Assembly (NCBI RefSeq): GCF_964355755.1
Contig: NC_092676.1
Span: 28,538,871 to 28,602,870 of the forward strand
Direction of reading: 5' to 3'
DNA length: 64,000 nucleotides
Origin: Antedon mediterranea
Taxonomy: Eukaryota > Animalia > Echinodermata
The translations under genes were made by a program, and so were the position numbers. The notes beneath the pieces are model-generated. The model worked only from the letters and a program-made list of their open reading frames with translations. It made no database searches and was not told where the DNA came from. Below, one piece after another: positions 14,301-29,300 of the stretch; the first letter of the stretch is position 1; the number at the start of each line of letters is the position of its first letter.

Positions 14301-17300
14301 ATCCATATTAAAGAGACACTCTGTTGGGTTGCCCTCCCCCCACCCTATTTGTAATAAAATGAGGGGCCAATCCATATTAAAGGGACACTCTGTTGGGTCC
14401 TGAAGGGCCAATCCATATTAAAGGGACACTCTGTTGGGTCCTGAAGGGCCAATCCATATTAAAGGGACACTCTGTTGGGTCCTGAAGGGCCAATCCATAT
14501 TAAAGGGACACTCTGTTGGGTCCTGAAGGACCAATCCATATTAAAGGGACACTCTGTTGGGTCCTGAAGGACCAATCCATATTAAAGAGACACTCTGTTG
14601 GGTCCTGAAGGGCCAATCCATATTAAAGGGACACTCTGTTGGGTCCTGAAGGATGGTGTCCTCTAAATACATGTTCTACTGTATAAATTGTCTTGGCACA
14701 TCTAAAGCTCTGTTTACACTATCAAACTTTATGTGACAAAAAATGTGATATGCCCATATATGGACATAATGTCATATCACTACAATATTTGGGAATATCA
14801 CTACAATATTTAGGCACATCACACTTTTTGTCAAACTAGTTTGATAGTGTAGACAGAGCATTAAATGCACTACTGTACCATACCTCTTTTATTAAATCAC
14901 CTTGCGTTTCTTGCAAACTCTGTTCTGTGGATGGATGGTGGATTAATTTACCTTGCGAAAAATCCTGAAAGCAAGAGAAGAATTATGACATTTTAATCAC
15001 TAAAAAACACAATAGAAAGAGACCTTGAAACATAGGATGCAAGATTACGATGTATATATCATTATATATGTATGTATACTGGTATAAAGATTGATTGAGA
15101 ATAAATGAATATAATTAAAGAAAAAAAACAAGAAAAATTAAGATTAATAAAATCAGACTTTAAATACGCCATTTTGCAATTTTAATAAAATTATTCACTT
15201 CTGGAAAAAATACAACAAAAATAATCCGATTCAGTTTTTGGTCAAAGTGAATGGCATATTAAAAAAAAAATATATTTTTTAGGGGGGACAATAGTACATC
15301 TATAATCAATAAAATAGATAATGATGATGATATTGATGATGATATTGATGATGATATTGACAATGATGATGATTTTGATTACAATCAATGGTGATGAAGA
15401 TAGCAATAAATATGATGATGACAAATTTGGTGATAACAACAACAATAACACTATGATGAAAATATAGTGCTGTGGATGATAGTACCAGGATGAATCTGAA
15501 TTTTAAGACTATTAGGAAAAAATAATTTTTATTTACTTATAAAAAAAACAGATACATTTAATGTATGTATACTGCGCTTTGCCATACACAAGCAGACATT
15601 GTCATTTATACAAATGGTTCTATATGATTTAAATACAATGTATCTAGTACTTTAGGAATACCAGAAAAAAAACCAATAGTTGTATTACTTACACCTGTTA
15701 CACTGGCCTCAGGTTTGGTAAACATATACTGGGCTATCTTAGGTTTATTGGCGGGGAACTGCATGTCCCCTATGTTCTCTTTGGCATCAACCGCTCTTGT
15801 TAAAGTTACTATAGCGTCCATTCTTCTTCCTTGATCACATAACTGTCAATAGGAAATATATAATTTGAAATAAACTATCAAATATTAATATAATCGACTC
15901 CTTTATTTAGCAAGTGAACTATCAGTTAATTGGTACAATTCAGCCAATTTATGTCACGTGACAAACAAACATGTTTAATTGCAACGCAGAATGTATTAAA
16001 TAAATAATGATAAAGTATAGTAATATTTAAGCAAATATAATACTTTATTTGTTTAAATGTAACATTTTGTCAAAATTGGGGTGAATAGGCTCGGTTTTAC
16101 GAAAGGTATATTCGTACAGTAGACATAGACATAGACTCCCGTTGGACACCCTACAAAGGGGTCAAGTCGGGTTCAAGTTCATGAAAAATGCAACACTAAG
16201 GTGTCTGTTTAACTAAGGTTTTACTGAATTTAATACAAAAATGGCTAAAGCTCTGTCTACAAAAAAAGTGTGATGTGCCCAAATATGGTAGTGATATCAC
16301 ATCATTATGTCCGTATATAGGCACATCATATTTTTTTGTCACATTAAGTTTGATAGTGTAGACAGAGCTTAAGAAATTAATTAATGCATGTATAGTATGT
16401 ATAAAATTTGATATTATAGATATATGAGAGAATAAATATAGAAATTATTGAATGAATGAGCGAGTGATTAAATGAACGAAACAATGAATGAAAAGATGGC
16501 CACAACATTTGCACATAATAATAATAGATAGATTTATATAGCGCAAATAAACGATGTCTCTTGTGCTCGACAATAAAGAGAGGAAAACAAAAGGAACATG
16601 AATAAAAAGCAAACTAACATATGAAATATGAATGTTAAGTTGTTTTATTTGTATTATAACACTGAGTCTATTCAACATGACAATAGTTGTCTATCGATTG
16701 TCTCAATATACAATTATTCTTATTCTAATCAAAAATATTGTAAAAATTGATCTGTAAAAAAAGTGCAAATGAACAATATTGCATTTGTCAGCGTTCTACT
16801 AAGATGATGGATAATCATATTATAATATATGTTTGAGAAGAAAAGATTAATCGCTAAGCATTGTGAATGATCTGTTACCTTACCCAGACTGATACCCACC
16901 ATACTCTACTCAATCAAATACTAAAATATTGTGGATGTACATTTCTATCTCATTCTAAAACCTTAAAAATCCAACAAATTATAGGGAAGTCAAAGCAAGT
17001 TTGTCAACTTACATATTTTTGCATTGTAAAAACTTCAAATTATTAAACAACAAACACATCATACTAATGCTGTCAGCAATTGTAATATTATACTCCAAAA
17101 TACGAAACTTGAATGAATATATTAAATTTAAAATGCGTACATTTAGTAGCGGTTTACAGATCTTATACTAGTGTTTCTTGTACTGTGAACCTAGGCCTAG
17201 ATGCCGCACACAGCCTGTAACTTATTAAACTTCATTAAAGATCATGTTATTAAATTGCATTTGAAAACATGAACTAAAGGTATGTAGGTCATGCATCTTT

Positions 17301-20300
17301 CAGGGCTTTTACTTCGTTATTTTTTTTTACGTTTTTAGATTTGAGTAGTAACATCTGCATGCCAAGAGACAGTAATTTGTAATGTTTTATTTTTTCATTT
17401 GGTATAAAAATGTTTCTAAAAATAAAAAGGTGAGGAGTATTACACTTATATATGTTATAATAACAAAAATAAGGATTAAATGGTCAACAATCATATTTGT
17501 GTTCCTATTATTTACAACAGGAATCCACCTCTGTGTCACTGACTATACTCAACTAGAGCTGCATAAAACAAATAATGTTTTATTTCATTGCTATAGAATA
17601 ATTGAAACTCACGAAATACACTTATAAACGTAAAGGTCAGGCTTGATTTATTAGTCAGCAATTTCAATTTATCTCTTGCAATTGTTTTATATAAATTGTT
17701 AGCTTATTGACTTATCAATTGAGTTCAGCAAACCTTTGACTGCTATTCACACATAATGGTAATGTGCTATTTAATAGTGTGCTGTCCACACTGTGCGCCG
17801 CCTACACTGTGCGCTGTCCACACTGTGCGCTGCCTACACTGTGCGCTGCCTACACTGTGTGCTGTCCACACTGTGTACCCTACACTGTGCCCCTCCACAT
17901 GGTGCGCTGTCCACACGGTGCACTGCCTACACTGTACGCTGTCCACACTGTGCGCTGCCTACACTGTGCGCCGCCTAGTCCACATAGTGTATTTGACTAG
18001 TATGCCATCAATACAATGTGCCCTCCTTGCATCATGCCCTTCACACAGTATGCCGTTTAATAACTGGGGGATTGCACCAGCAGTCATGTTTACATTTAAT
18101 ATACAATATTTAAAAATCAGATTTATATTTACCAAACAGCTCAGTAGTCATTAAAAAAAAATTAAATCATAATCAAATTACTTAACTGTAGAAAATATAT
18201 CGTACCCTAGCTACAAAATAATCTGTCATTAATTTAGTGAAACATATCAGAGAAGATTAGAGCTGTAAATATCAGCAGATTTGCAAAACTAAAAATAACA
18301 CAGTTAATTACACGGGCTATTTAACAATATAATGATGGGATAGTAATCTACTGTATCAAAACCTTGTGGAGTTGACTTACTTATAATCTCAGAAAACTTA
18401 ACAAATTGGAGAATCGAGAAGCTAGCGATTATCGGATGGTCAAAACAAAGGCTAAAAGAAACTTGAGCGATGTGATGTGACATGAGGGTGGATGTGTGAT
18501 GTGACATGTGGGTGGATGTGTGATGTGACATGTGAATGGGTGTGTGATGTGAAATGAGGGTGGATGTGTGATGTGACATGTGGGTGGATGTGTGATGTGA
18601 CTTGTTGGTGGATGTGTGATGTGACATGTGGGTGGATGTGTGATGTGACATGAGGGTGGATGTGTGATGTGACATGTGGATGGATGTGTGATGTGACATG
18701 TGGATGGATGTGTGATATGACATGAGGGTGGATGTGTGATGTGACATGAGGGTGGATGTGTGATGTGACATGAGGGTGGATGTGTGATGTGACACATGGG
18801 TGGGTGGGTGTGTGATCGGACATGTGGGTGGATGTGTAATGTTAGGATTACCACCCATCTGATACAGTAGGACAGTGATTTATTTACTATTGGTAATCCT
18901 TGGCCACATGTGCCTTAAAGACAAAAAATGTGACGTGTGGGTGTCTTTGGGGGTTATTTACACAAGGTAACGTTCACCTATGTTCAAGGATTCTTCTTTA
19001 TTGATGTCTCAAAAATATATTGCTTGAATTTTGCATTTTGTTCTCAGATCTATCCAAAGGCATGAATTATAAATAGATTTAATAGAAAACAAAATGATTC
19101 ATCGTAGAGGATAACCATTTATACTGTCTTTGAACAAACAAATGAAATGATGTCATGATCAATAAAGTCCAATTTACAGACGAGTGGTAATAATAATATA
19201 GAATATATGCATTCCTTATACACACACCGCGGACGGGCAGTTTCCGCTTAAGATAGATACAAGATTCTATGTGGGATAAACTATGTGGTTTTACGCTTAC
19301 CGTTACCATTCGTCTGTGTAAATTGGCCTTAAGAAAAATAAAATTCATACGCTTCATTTTCATCAGGCCTACTACTTAAACACTACAACAATTGTAATTA
19401 TTAATGTTACTTGTCTGTCATCATGCAATATATAAACAAATTAATTTCTTTAAAATATTATTCTGATATTATTATTTTATTCAATGTTGAACATGGAGGA
19501 TGAACTTAATAGACCACAAACATAAAGACAATTTCAAATTGCCATTTTAAGAAATTCATTTTGAATTCATTGACTAACAAACCTCATGGGATTTCTGCAT
19601 TTACTTGAGAGACTTATTATAGAATTTATAAACCAACCAACATGGTTGAAAATGAATATCATGTTCATATTACAAAGAAAGTCATTTTCAAAACTTTAAT
19701 TTTAAAAAACCAATTATAGTTATAGAAGATGGTAGATATTTGTTGCTATAATTTACTTGTCTATTGTATGACCCACTAGTCTATACGATCCCCGGGAGAG
19801 GTGCGTCATGGATGCGTCATTTAGAAACAAATAATTATTGATGCAGAGGTGCGTCCAGAAACCCAGATGTTATGTCACATCAATGAACAATGGTGTGTCA
19901 ATGTCCGCCATTTTACCACCTACCATATCATGAACAACATGATCATAGTGCATCAAAATGGGTGTGCCGTGGTCATCTAAAGGTAAGTCATATTTTTTAG
20001 GCACAGGTGCGTCATGGTATTCATAAGGTATGACGCACATCGGACAAATGACGCACCTCTCATAGGGGTCATATTGTGGGTCATAGAATTGACAAGTTGA
20101 GCCCAGAATAGTTTATCCTGTACTTGATGCTTATCATGCTCTGCCTTCAATGACAATATTAGAACTATTTACTCCTACGTTCCCTATATCCACTATTTAC
20201 TGCCTGCTCCTACGTGCCCTATATCAATTACTTACTGCCTGCTCCTACGTGCCCTATATTAACTCGCAACCTATTTACTCCTATGTGCCCTATATCAACT

Positions 20301-23300
20301 CGCAACCTATTTACTCCTATGTGCCCTATATCAACTCGCAACCTATTTACTCCTACGTGCCCTATATCAACTATTTACTGCCTGCTCCTACGTGCCCTAT
20401 ATCAACTATTTACTGCCTGCTCCTACGTTCCCTATATCAACTATTTACTGCCTGCTCCTACGTTCCCTATATCAACTATTTACTGCCTGCTCCTACGTTC
20501 CCTATATCAACTATTTACTCCTACGTTCCCTATATCAACTATTTACTGCCTGCTCCTACGTTCCCTATATCAACTATTTACTGCCTCCTCCTACGTTCCC
20601 TATATCAACTATTTACTGCCTCCTCCTACGTGCCCTATATCAACTATTTACTGCCTGCTCCTACGTTCCCTATATCAACTATTTACTGCCTGCTCCTACG
20701 TTCCCTATATCAACTATTTACTGCCTCCTCCTACGTTCCCTATATCAACTATTTACTGCCTCCTCCTACGTGCCCTATATCAACTATTTACTGCCTCCTC
20801 CTACGTGCCCTATATCAACTATTTACTGCCTCCTCCTACGTTCCCTATATCAACTATTTACTGCCTCCTCCTACGTGCCCTATATCAACTCGCAACCAAT
20901 GGCTCATCATTTGGTTGTGCATTGCTCATTCATTCTCTCGGGTTTTATTATAGACAATTGTATCAAATAACTGCTTTTCTTTCTTCTGTCGATACAATGT
21001 AATTAGACAATTTGTATCCAATTGTCATTTGTTATCATAGTCGTCTTTCAGGCTTTTCCAATGCACCCTACAGACACACTTGAACGCTTAATCACCATAT
21101 CAGTATAGGCACATAGCACATCTGTGATTTATATATTAACAACATACAGCAGACTACTGCAGTGACAACATGTATTGAAGCCTTTAGGGTAGGTGGTCTA
21201 ATGGTATGACGTTATCAGGTTTGCAATCGTTGTAATGTTGCCCAGGATAGTTAAATAAACAATAACTGTCTGAAACCATAATTAGTTTAATTTGATATCC
21301 ATTAGATGTAGCTCATGAAGAAAAAACAAACTATCTGTACAGTATGTAACAAATATAACAGACAGGTTTGGCGATATAACGGACAGGTTTGGCGATATAA
21401 CGGACAGGTTTGGCGATATAACGGACAGGTTTGGCGATATAACGTACAGGTTTGGCGATATAACGTACAGGTTTGGCGATATAACGGACAGGTTTGGCGA
21501 TATAACGGACAGGTTTGGCGATATAACGTACAAGTTTGGCGATATAACGGACAGGTTTGGCGATATAACGGACAGGTTTGGCGATATAACGGACAGGTTT
21601 GGCGATATAACGTACAGGTTTGGCGATATAACGGACAGGTTTGGCGATATAACGTACAGGTTTGGCGATATAACGGACAGGTTTGGCGATATAACGGACA
21701 GGTTTGGCTATATAACGGACAGGTTTGGCGATATAACGGACAGGTTTGGCGATATAACGGACAGGTTTGGCGATATACAGTAACGTACAGGTTTGGCGAT
21801 ATAACGGACAGGTTTGGCGATATAACGGACAGGTTTGGCGATATAACGTACAGGTTTGGCGATATAACGGACAGGTTTGGCGATATAACGGACAGGTTTG
21901 GAGATATAACGTACAGGTTTGGCGATATAATGGACAGGTTTGGCGATATAACGGACAGGTTTGGCGATATAACGGACAGGTTTGGCGATATAACGGACAG
22001 GTTTGGCGATATAACGGACAGGTTTGGCGATATAACGGACAGGTTTGGCGATATAACGGACAGGTTTGGTGATAGCGAATAATTTTGGCCGTGTAGAATA
22101 GTAAATGATAGCTAAACAATAGTATAGCAAAATAAATATACAAAACTATGTTTATTTATTCAAAATTCAGTTTGATTAACAATATTACTAAACAGATTAT
22201 AGATTTAGTTTGAATTGACTCTCATCGTACGTTAGAGTATTGTCATATAACACATAAAAACACAAAACAAAAACAAAATTTAAAAATGAAATTTTCCCTG
22301 AATTATAACGTGTTTCAAAAGAAAGTATTAAGTAACGTCGTAAAATGGCTTCACTCCAGATAAATAAGAAAATAAAATAAAAAATGTAACATACCCTCGT
22401 TTGAATAATCTTGGCGTGCTTGATAATGGCATGTGCTGTGGAATCTACTACACTGGCTTGAATATTCTGCAAGTCCTGTCAAATACAAAACCATACACAA
22501 TATAATACCCACTTACGTATATTCTGTCCGATAACACAAATCTACATTGTCAAAATAATTACATTAATAATCCGACTTGAGTCAAATCTTTTAGTTACGA
22601 CAACGAGGACAAATTTAAGATGATTCGTCAGCTGAAGCAAGTTGCATAAATCTCACCGAAGAGTACATAATCATGTATGGTATTAAAGAGTAACCAAAAA
22701 TGACATTACAGTTTAATATCAAATACGAAAAATAATGAATTTACAAAATATCTCTACAAGAAATTGCAATAGTTTTCCATCCACATCAATGATTTTATCT
22801 GATATTATGAGAATTTAGTTACCAAATGAAAACAACCAATAAAATACGACACTGTATATGGAGTGTACAATACAGCTAATAATGATAATACATAATAAAA
22901 TCGACATGGTATAAATAATCGCTCCATATTGAGAAAAATAATGGTTGAAGGTTGGTATTAAAATTTGTAATTGTTGTTTGGTAAAAACGAACAATTGATT
23001 ATGATATAAACAACAAGAGGGACGGCTTTTGTTATACAAAATAAAAATATTTACAAAATATTTACAAAATAAAAATATTTACAGAATATATAGATAGGAA
23101 TATTGGAAGTAGAGTTGAAATTAATTTTAATTATTAACAAACATATTATTTGATTTTATTTAATTAAAATAATATTTTTCTTTATTATCATACAGGTATA
23201 CATTTTTAAATAACAATTTATTTCATTTACTGTTTTAATAATCAAAATAAACAAAAAGAGGCTTTTAACTTTTTGTTTAAGTAGAGTAGAGCTCTGTTTA

Positions 23301-26300
23301 CACTATCAAACTTAATGTGACAAAAAAAGTGATGTGTATATGGACATAATGATGTCATAGCACTACCATATTTAAGCTGTTATGCGCGATTTGAACGATT
23401 TGCGCAATTTGAAATTGCGCAAAAAAAATCAATTTGAATTGAAACATGTGTTTCAAATTGCGCAAGCAACGTATTAAATTGCGCAAGTAATCTGCAAACT
23501 GCGCAAGGTTTTTCGACAGATTTTGAAATCATGCACACCCATATTTATATAGTAATTTCTAAGAATGATTCAAAATTAAAGATAAATATTGCATTTCCTT
23601 ATTTTAGTAGTGCAAATATTGTTATAAGTTAGCATACCGTCGAAGAACCCACGAAGGAAAACGAAGCGGTGGTGTTCCACCAGGCGGGCGCGGCGCGGGC
23701 GGCCGGCTATACTACTCTAGCCTAGCTAGGGTCTGGACTACTGATACTGACTAGGTTACATGGCCTAGCTTAAACTAATATTAAAAACTTAATTTTTACA
23801 TTTATTTTGATTTATTTCAAGTTACAGTGATAATATTATTTAATTGTCATAATAAATGTTATGTATTTATTATACACATGTTATCTTCGCATTTATTATG
23901 TTTTATTTTGAGTTATTTAGTTTCCAATAAATTATTATAATACCGATTGTCTGGTAGAATTTTGTTGCGCAATTTGAAAATTTACAGTTCGTTTTCAAAT
24001 TGCGCAAAGGTGTCATATTGCGCAAGAACTATCTTGCGCAATTTACAAATTGTGCAGCGCAATTTAAAATTGCGCAAAGTTGATTGCGCAATTTGAAATT
24101 GCGCAAAAAAATCCTTGCGCAATTTTAAATTGCGCAAGAATTCTTTGCGCAATTTTAAATTGCGCTGCACCATACTTGAGCCCATCACACTTTTTTAAGT
24201 CAAACTAGTTTGATAGTGTAGACAGACCTTTATAGGTAAATCTATAAATTAAAAAAAATAATATACTCAGTAATCTCAAGATCTTGCAGCCACAGTTTTT
24301 AAATTGAATTGATATTTTGGGTCATCTTGAATGGGAAAAAAAGGTATTATAAGCCTATACTCATGTCAGTAAAAAAATAAATAATAAAACTTACCTGAAC
24401 TATATGAGGTAATGCTAAGTCCTGTAGACTACTGTTGTACTCGTTGACGAGTGAAAGTTGTAAGACGTACGAATTATGTTTCTTATAACAGTCAAATAAG
24501 AATGGGTTCTGCTAGGAGAAGAAAATATGTATTAATGTGCAGTCTAAGTGCATTTATGAACTATGACAAGTACAAGGTGATAAATGGCATTATACTCAGG
24601 TATGTGGTAAAGTACAGTATAAAGTTATAGACTAATTAGCATGCAGGTGGATACTTGTAGTTAAGCAACCCCTACAATATTCATCCAGGTGAGCATATAG
24701 AATGCCAACAGCTCTTACATTTTTTTGAAATTTTATAAATTAAAAATTTGCTTTGAATTTGTAATTTAAGGATTTTGTTCCAATGAAAAATTATCTTTTT
24801 TATGATTCACTGTCTTCTTCTGTTGTTTTCGACTTCTCATTAAAATTATTACTCTTGTGTCTCTCCTGCCATTATTAATAAAGGAGTGTTTACTTAAAGA
24901 GGTCTAATCACATTTTCATATTTATTTTATGATTATTGCCCATAATCTACTTATTTATTTGTCAACGTTTTGAAAGGGTTGACAATAATGTACAATCTAA
25001 AGCATTCCGAGGACCGTGCTTAAGATTCCAACAATTCATCGTAATGTGTCGGTGTCGTTAATTCCTCTGCGACCGTGTGTACACTAGCCTCATTGGAAGC
25101 ACTAAATGATTCACGTATGTGCTTTAAGTTTGCTTACGTGAGCAAACAGAGGTTAAAACCAATGGCAGGTGCTCTGACCGACAACACACATATTTACATG
25201 CCAGCGTGTACGTCAATCGCTACATCTTATGTAATAGTTATAAATTAATAATATGTTTATATATCGTGGCACTTGTGCATTTTATGATTTATTAAAGAGA
25301 ATGTAATATAGGTTTTGAGTTGAAGGTCTTATATACTAGAGTGTTTGGTAAAAATAATGACACATAGGTTTCCTATCAAATGCAGAGTACCCATGATTGA
25401 AGGTCTTGTATACTAGAGTGTTTGGTAAAAATAATGACACATAGGTTTCCTATCAAATACAGAGTACCCATGATTGAAGGTCTTACAGTAGAGTGTTTGG
25501 TATTAAAAATAATGACACATAGATTTCCTATCATAATACAGAGTACCTATGATTTAGGACAGTTTGAAGTATTATTTTTATTATTTGAAAAAGATTAATG
25601 TCTCCAATAGCCATGTTAAGTGATGAATAATAACATTGGCAGGCATGGGTTTAAATCCCTACCACATACCATTCTAAAGAGGTGGAAAAAAGTTGCCAAT
25701 AATACTTAATAATAATCAGGAGTGAAAATGAGAAGATTCTGCACATCTGCATCGTACACAAAACACTAAAGTACAACAGAATAACTATAGATAATATCAT
25801 TTAAGTTTTTTCTTTTTTAAGACTGTTTAGGCATTTTGAATTATTGTAAACTCTTAATTATTTTATACCAGTTAAATAAAAAAATTAATAAATACCATAA
25901 ATAAAAAAATATACTTTTATTTATTGTAATTATTTGGTTTATATTAAAATTTATTTAATTATTTATCAAATGTTAATTCTTCACCTTAGTAGAACCTTGA
26001 GATTTTGTCATTCTCGTCCACGTTTCTGCATAATTTCTTTGACTCTAGAGATAAAATAAAAATACATATTTTTTTTTAAAGCCTGGATCATATTCTATTA
26101 TCGCAGAGGTCCCAACTAATAAATAAAATATTATGATTTATGAAAGCATTTCCAAACACAATTTAAAATATATATAAAACATTTTTTATTCTTTTATTTA
26201 TTTATTCTGATGATCAACTTGATAAATCAAGGATAAGCAGACAAGCAAACAATATACCCATATAAAATTGGGAAAATTCCTGAAATTAACTGAAGAGTTG

Positions 26301-29300
26301 GGAGGCATATTATCATTGTGAAAAAACGTCAGAAATAATAATTTACAATGTAATGAAAATATAGTAGATCAATTATTAAAATTATATTCAAAATATAATA
26401 CTAATATTCATTCATTCATATTTATTTAGTCATTGTTTATAATTACAATTACAATATATAATTGATGGCAAGGATTCTGCATAAAGAAGTTTACAGTTCT
26501 GTATTTGCAGGACCCTTTTACATAAAACATGAAAATAAAACACAACATATATAAAATAAAAATTTCATAAAAAAATTGTAAATTAACGCATTAAAATTGA
26601 ATAAGTATTTACTATTTTCTAAATTAAAAAAATGTAGTTCAAAATAAAAGAGAAGTAACGTAGTGTTTGACATTTAATATCCGTCCCCAACCCACGTGCA
26701 ACATTGATTACTAGATGATAATCAGTGTCTTACTAAACAACAACATCCATCAGTCTTTGTCCAACCTAAAAAGCATGCAACCATTTCAGGTTATAATAGT
26801 AATACTTCAAAGTACAACTGACATTATCAGATTGGTATTGAGCCATGTACAAAATATACAATAGAAATTAGAAGATTGATGGCAATTCAACTTGGTTTTA
26901 CAAGACAATAGGACTTAAAATATCACAATTCTTTATTTAAGCACAGAGGACCAGATCAACTCATTGCTGTTTACTATAATTGAATCTTCCAACCTAGATT
27001 TCAGGATTACATCTTGTTAACCACCCCCTTCCCTCTTTTCTACCAAATTAACCCAGTAATATTTCAGGGTTACATCTTCTCAACCACCCCCTTCCCTCTT
27101 TCCTACCAAATTCACCCAGTAATATTTCAGGGTTACATCTTCTCAACCACCCCCTTCCCTCTTTCCTACCAAATTCACCCAGTAATATTTCAGGGTTACA
27201 TCTTCTCAACCACCCCCTTCCCTCTTTTCTACAAAATTCACCCAGTAATATTTCAGGGTAAAATCTTCTCAACCACCCCCTTCCCTCTTTCCTACCAAAT
27301 TCACCCAGTAATATGTCAGGGTTACATCTTCTCAACCACCCCCTTCCCTCTTTTCTACAAAATTCACCCAGTAATATTTCAGGGTAAAATCTTCTCAACC
27401 ACCCTCTTCCCTCTTTCCTACCAAATTCACCCAGTAATATTTCAGGGTTACATTTTCTCAACCACCCCCTTCCCTCTTTTCTACAAAATTCACCCAGTAA
27501 TATTTCAGGGTTACATCTTCTCAACCACCCCCTTCCCTCTTTTCTACAAAATTCACCCAGTAATATTTCAGGGTTACATCTTCTCAACCACACCCTTCCC
27601 TCTTTCCTACCAAATTCAATCAGTAATAGTTGAGGGTTACATCTTATCAACCATCCCCTTCCATCTTTCCTACCAAAGTCACCCAGTAATATTTCAGGGT
27701 TAAATCTTCTCAACGAGCCCCTTCCCTCTTTCCTATCAAATTCACCCAGTAATATTTCAGGGTTACATCTTCTCAACCACCCTTCCCTCTTTCCTACCAA
27801 ATTCACCCTATACACCAAGGATATACCCCAGTAAGGATTGATTTCCAGGTTGGAAGTGCTGATAAAAAAATAGAAAATAAAAGTATGATTAAAAACTGTA
27901 TGATATTGAAAATAGCTTGAGGGCGCTATACAGCTTATCACCTTCAAGAAACCAATCTATATATGTATGATTTGATAATCTGCCGGTAATGCCGACACTT
28001 CATTAGTGGAGATTAACGTCGGTATAAGATCTTGAATTAATTGTCAACTAGCAACTTGCATGCGTCTAGCAGCTTAACACCACTAATGCATGCTTTGATA
28101 TTGTCGCTTGCAACTTGCAGGAAGCCCATTCAAGCTGTTAACGCACGTCATTTTGAATCTATACTCTAAAGGTCAAATGAACATTCTTATCTAATACAAA
28201 TGTCAGCGAGCGACAGATTTGGTTATCTAGACATTAATTTACCAATACTTCTGCTCATCCGTAAAACCTTATTACGTCGACACAAATTCTATTTAATAAC
28301 AGGTCATATTAACTTGAAATATGTATATAAATGATGACAGAATCAGACCTGCCGTATCTGATATATTTACCAATACTACAACTCTTCCATAAACTCCTTT
28401 TTACGCAAACAAACAAATTAAATTACCTTGTCAAATAAACTTGAAATACAAATGTTGAATAGGCCAAGATTTTCTCTCGGACATTCATTCTAATACTGTA
28501 CAGATCTTCAAAAACCATTTTACACAAACACTAATTTACTAAGACATAAAGCTCTTACATAATCCTTTTACACAAACATACACATTCAATTTCCTTGTCA
28601 AATTAAACTTGAAACACAAATGCCAGATGACCGATTTACTTGGACGTTAATTGACCAATACTATCAGCACAATCTATATTAACGATACGATTCTATTTTG
28701 TTTTTAAACTTGGAAGACCCTTTCAATTACACAGATTAAATTAAATCTTTCATTTATAAATATACAGTTATTACAGGTACTATACTTATATATTTTGTAT
28801 TTCTTTTAGGCTGGCCTACTACAAGTTACAGTTGGAATGCTTTTCTGTTAAATACTGTATCTTTTGTTCATTTTTTGGCCTTTACCTTTTTAATTGTATA
28901 GGCTTATATCTTAATTGTTTCATCTTCATTTTTTTTCCTCTTTCTGTTTTCAATTGAAAGATTAAATGTTTTATTGAATTGAACTGTACGGTCAATTTAT
29001 TTATCAACAATTGGTAAATTCTAGTCCCACTGAGCTACAGTTTTATTCAAGTTAAATGTAGTATTATTAACTGTATTGAGAAATTGTGATTTTTTTATTT
29101 ATTTTTATTTCAAGATATGTTGTATCTATATAACAAAATAACTTTCTTAAATTTTTGTTGTTGAATATGCCATTTTAATGTCACATAATAGTGATAATTT
29201 AGTTAAAACTTTGATCAAAAACTGAATCGTAAAAAAATCCCTGAAAAAATGTAATTTAAAGCAAAAGCACCTAAAATTGTCTGTCAGACAATGGTTTTTG

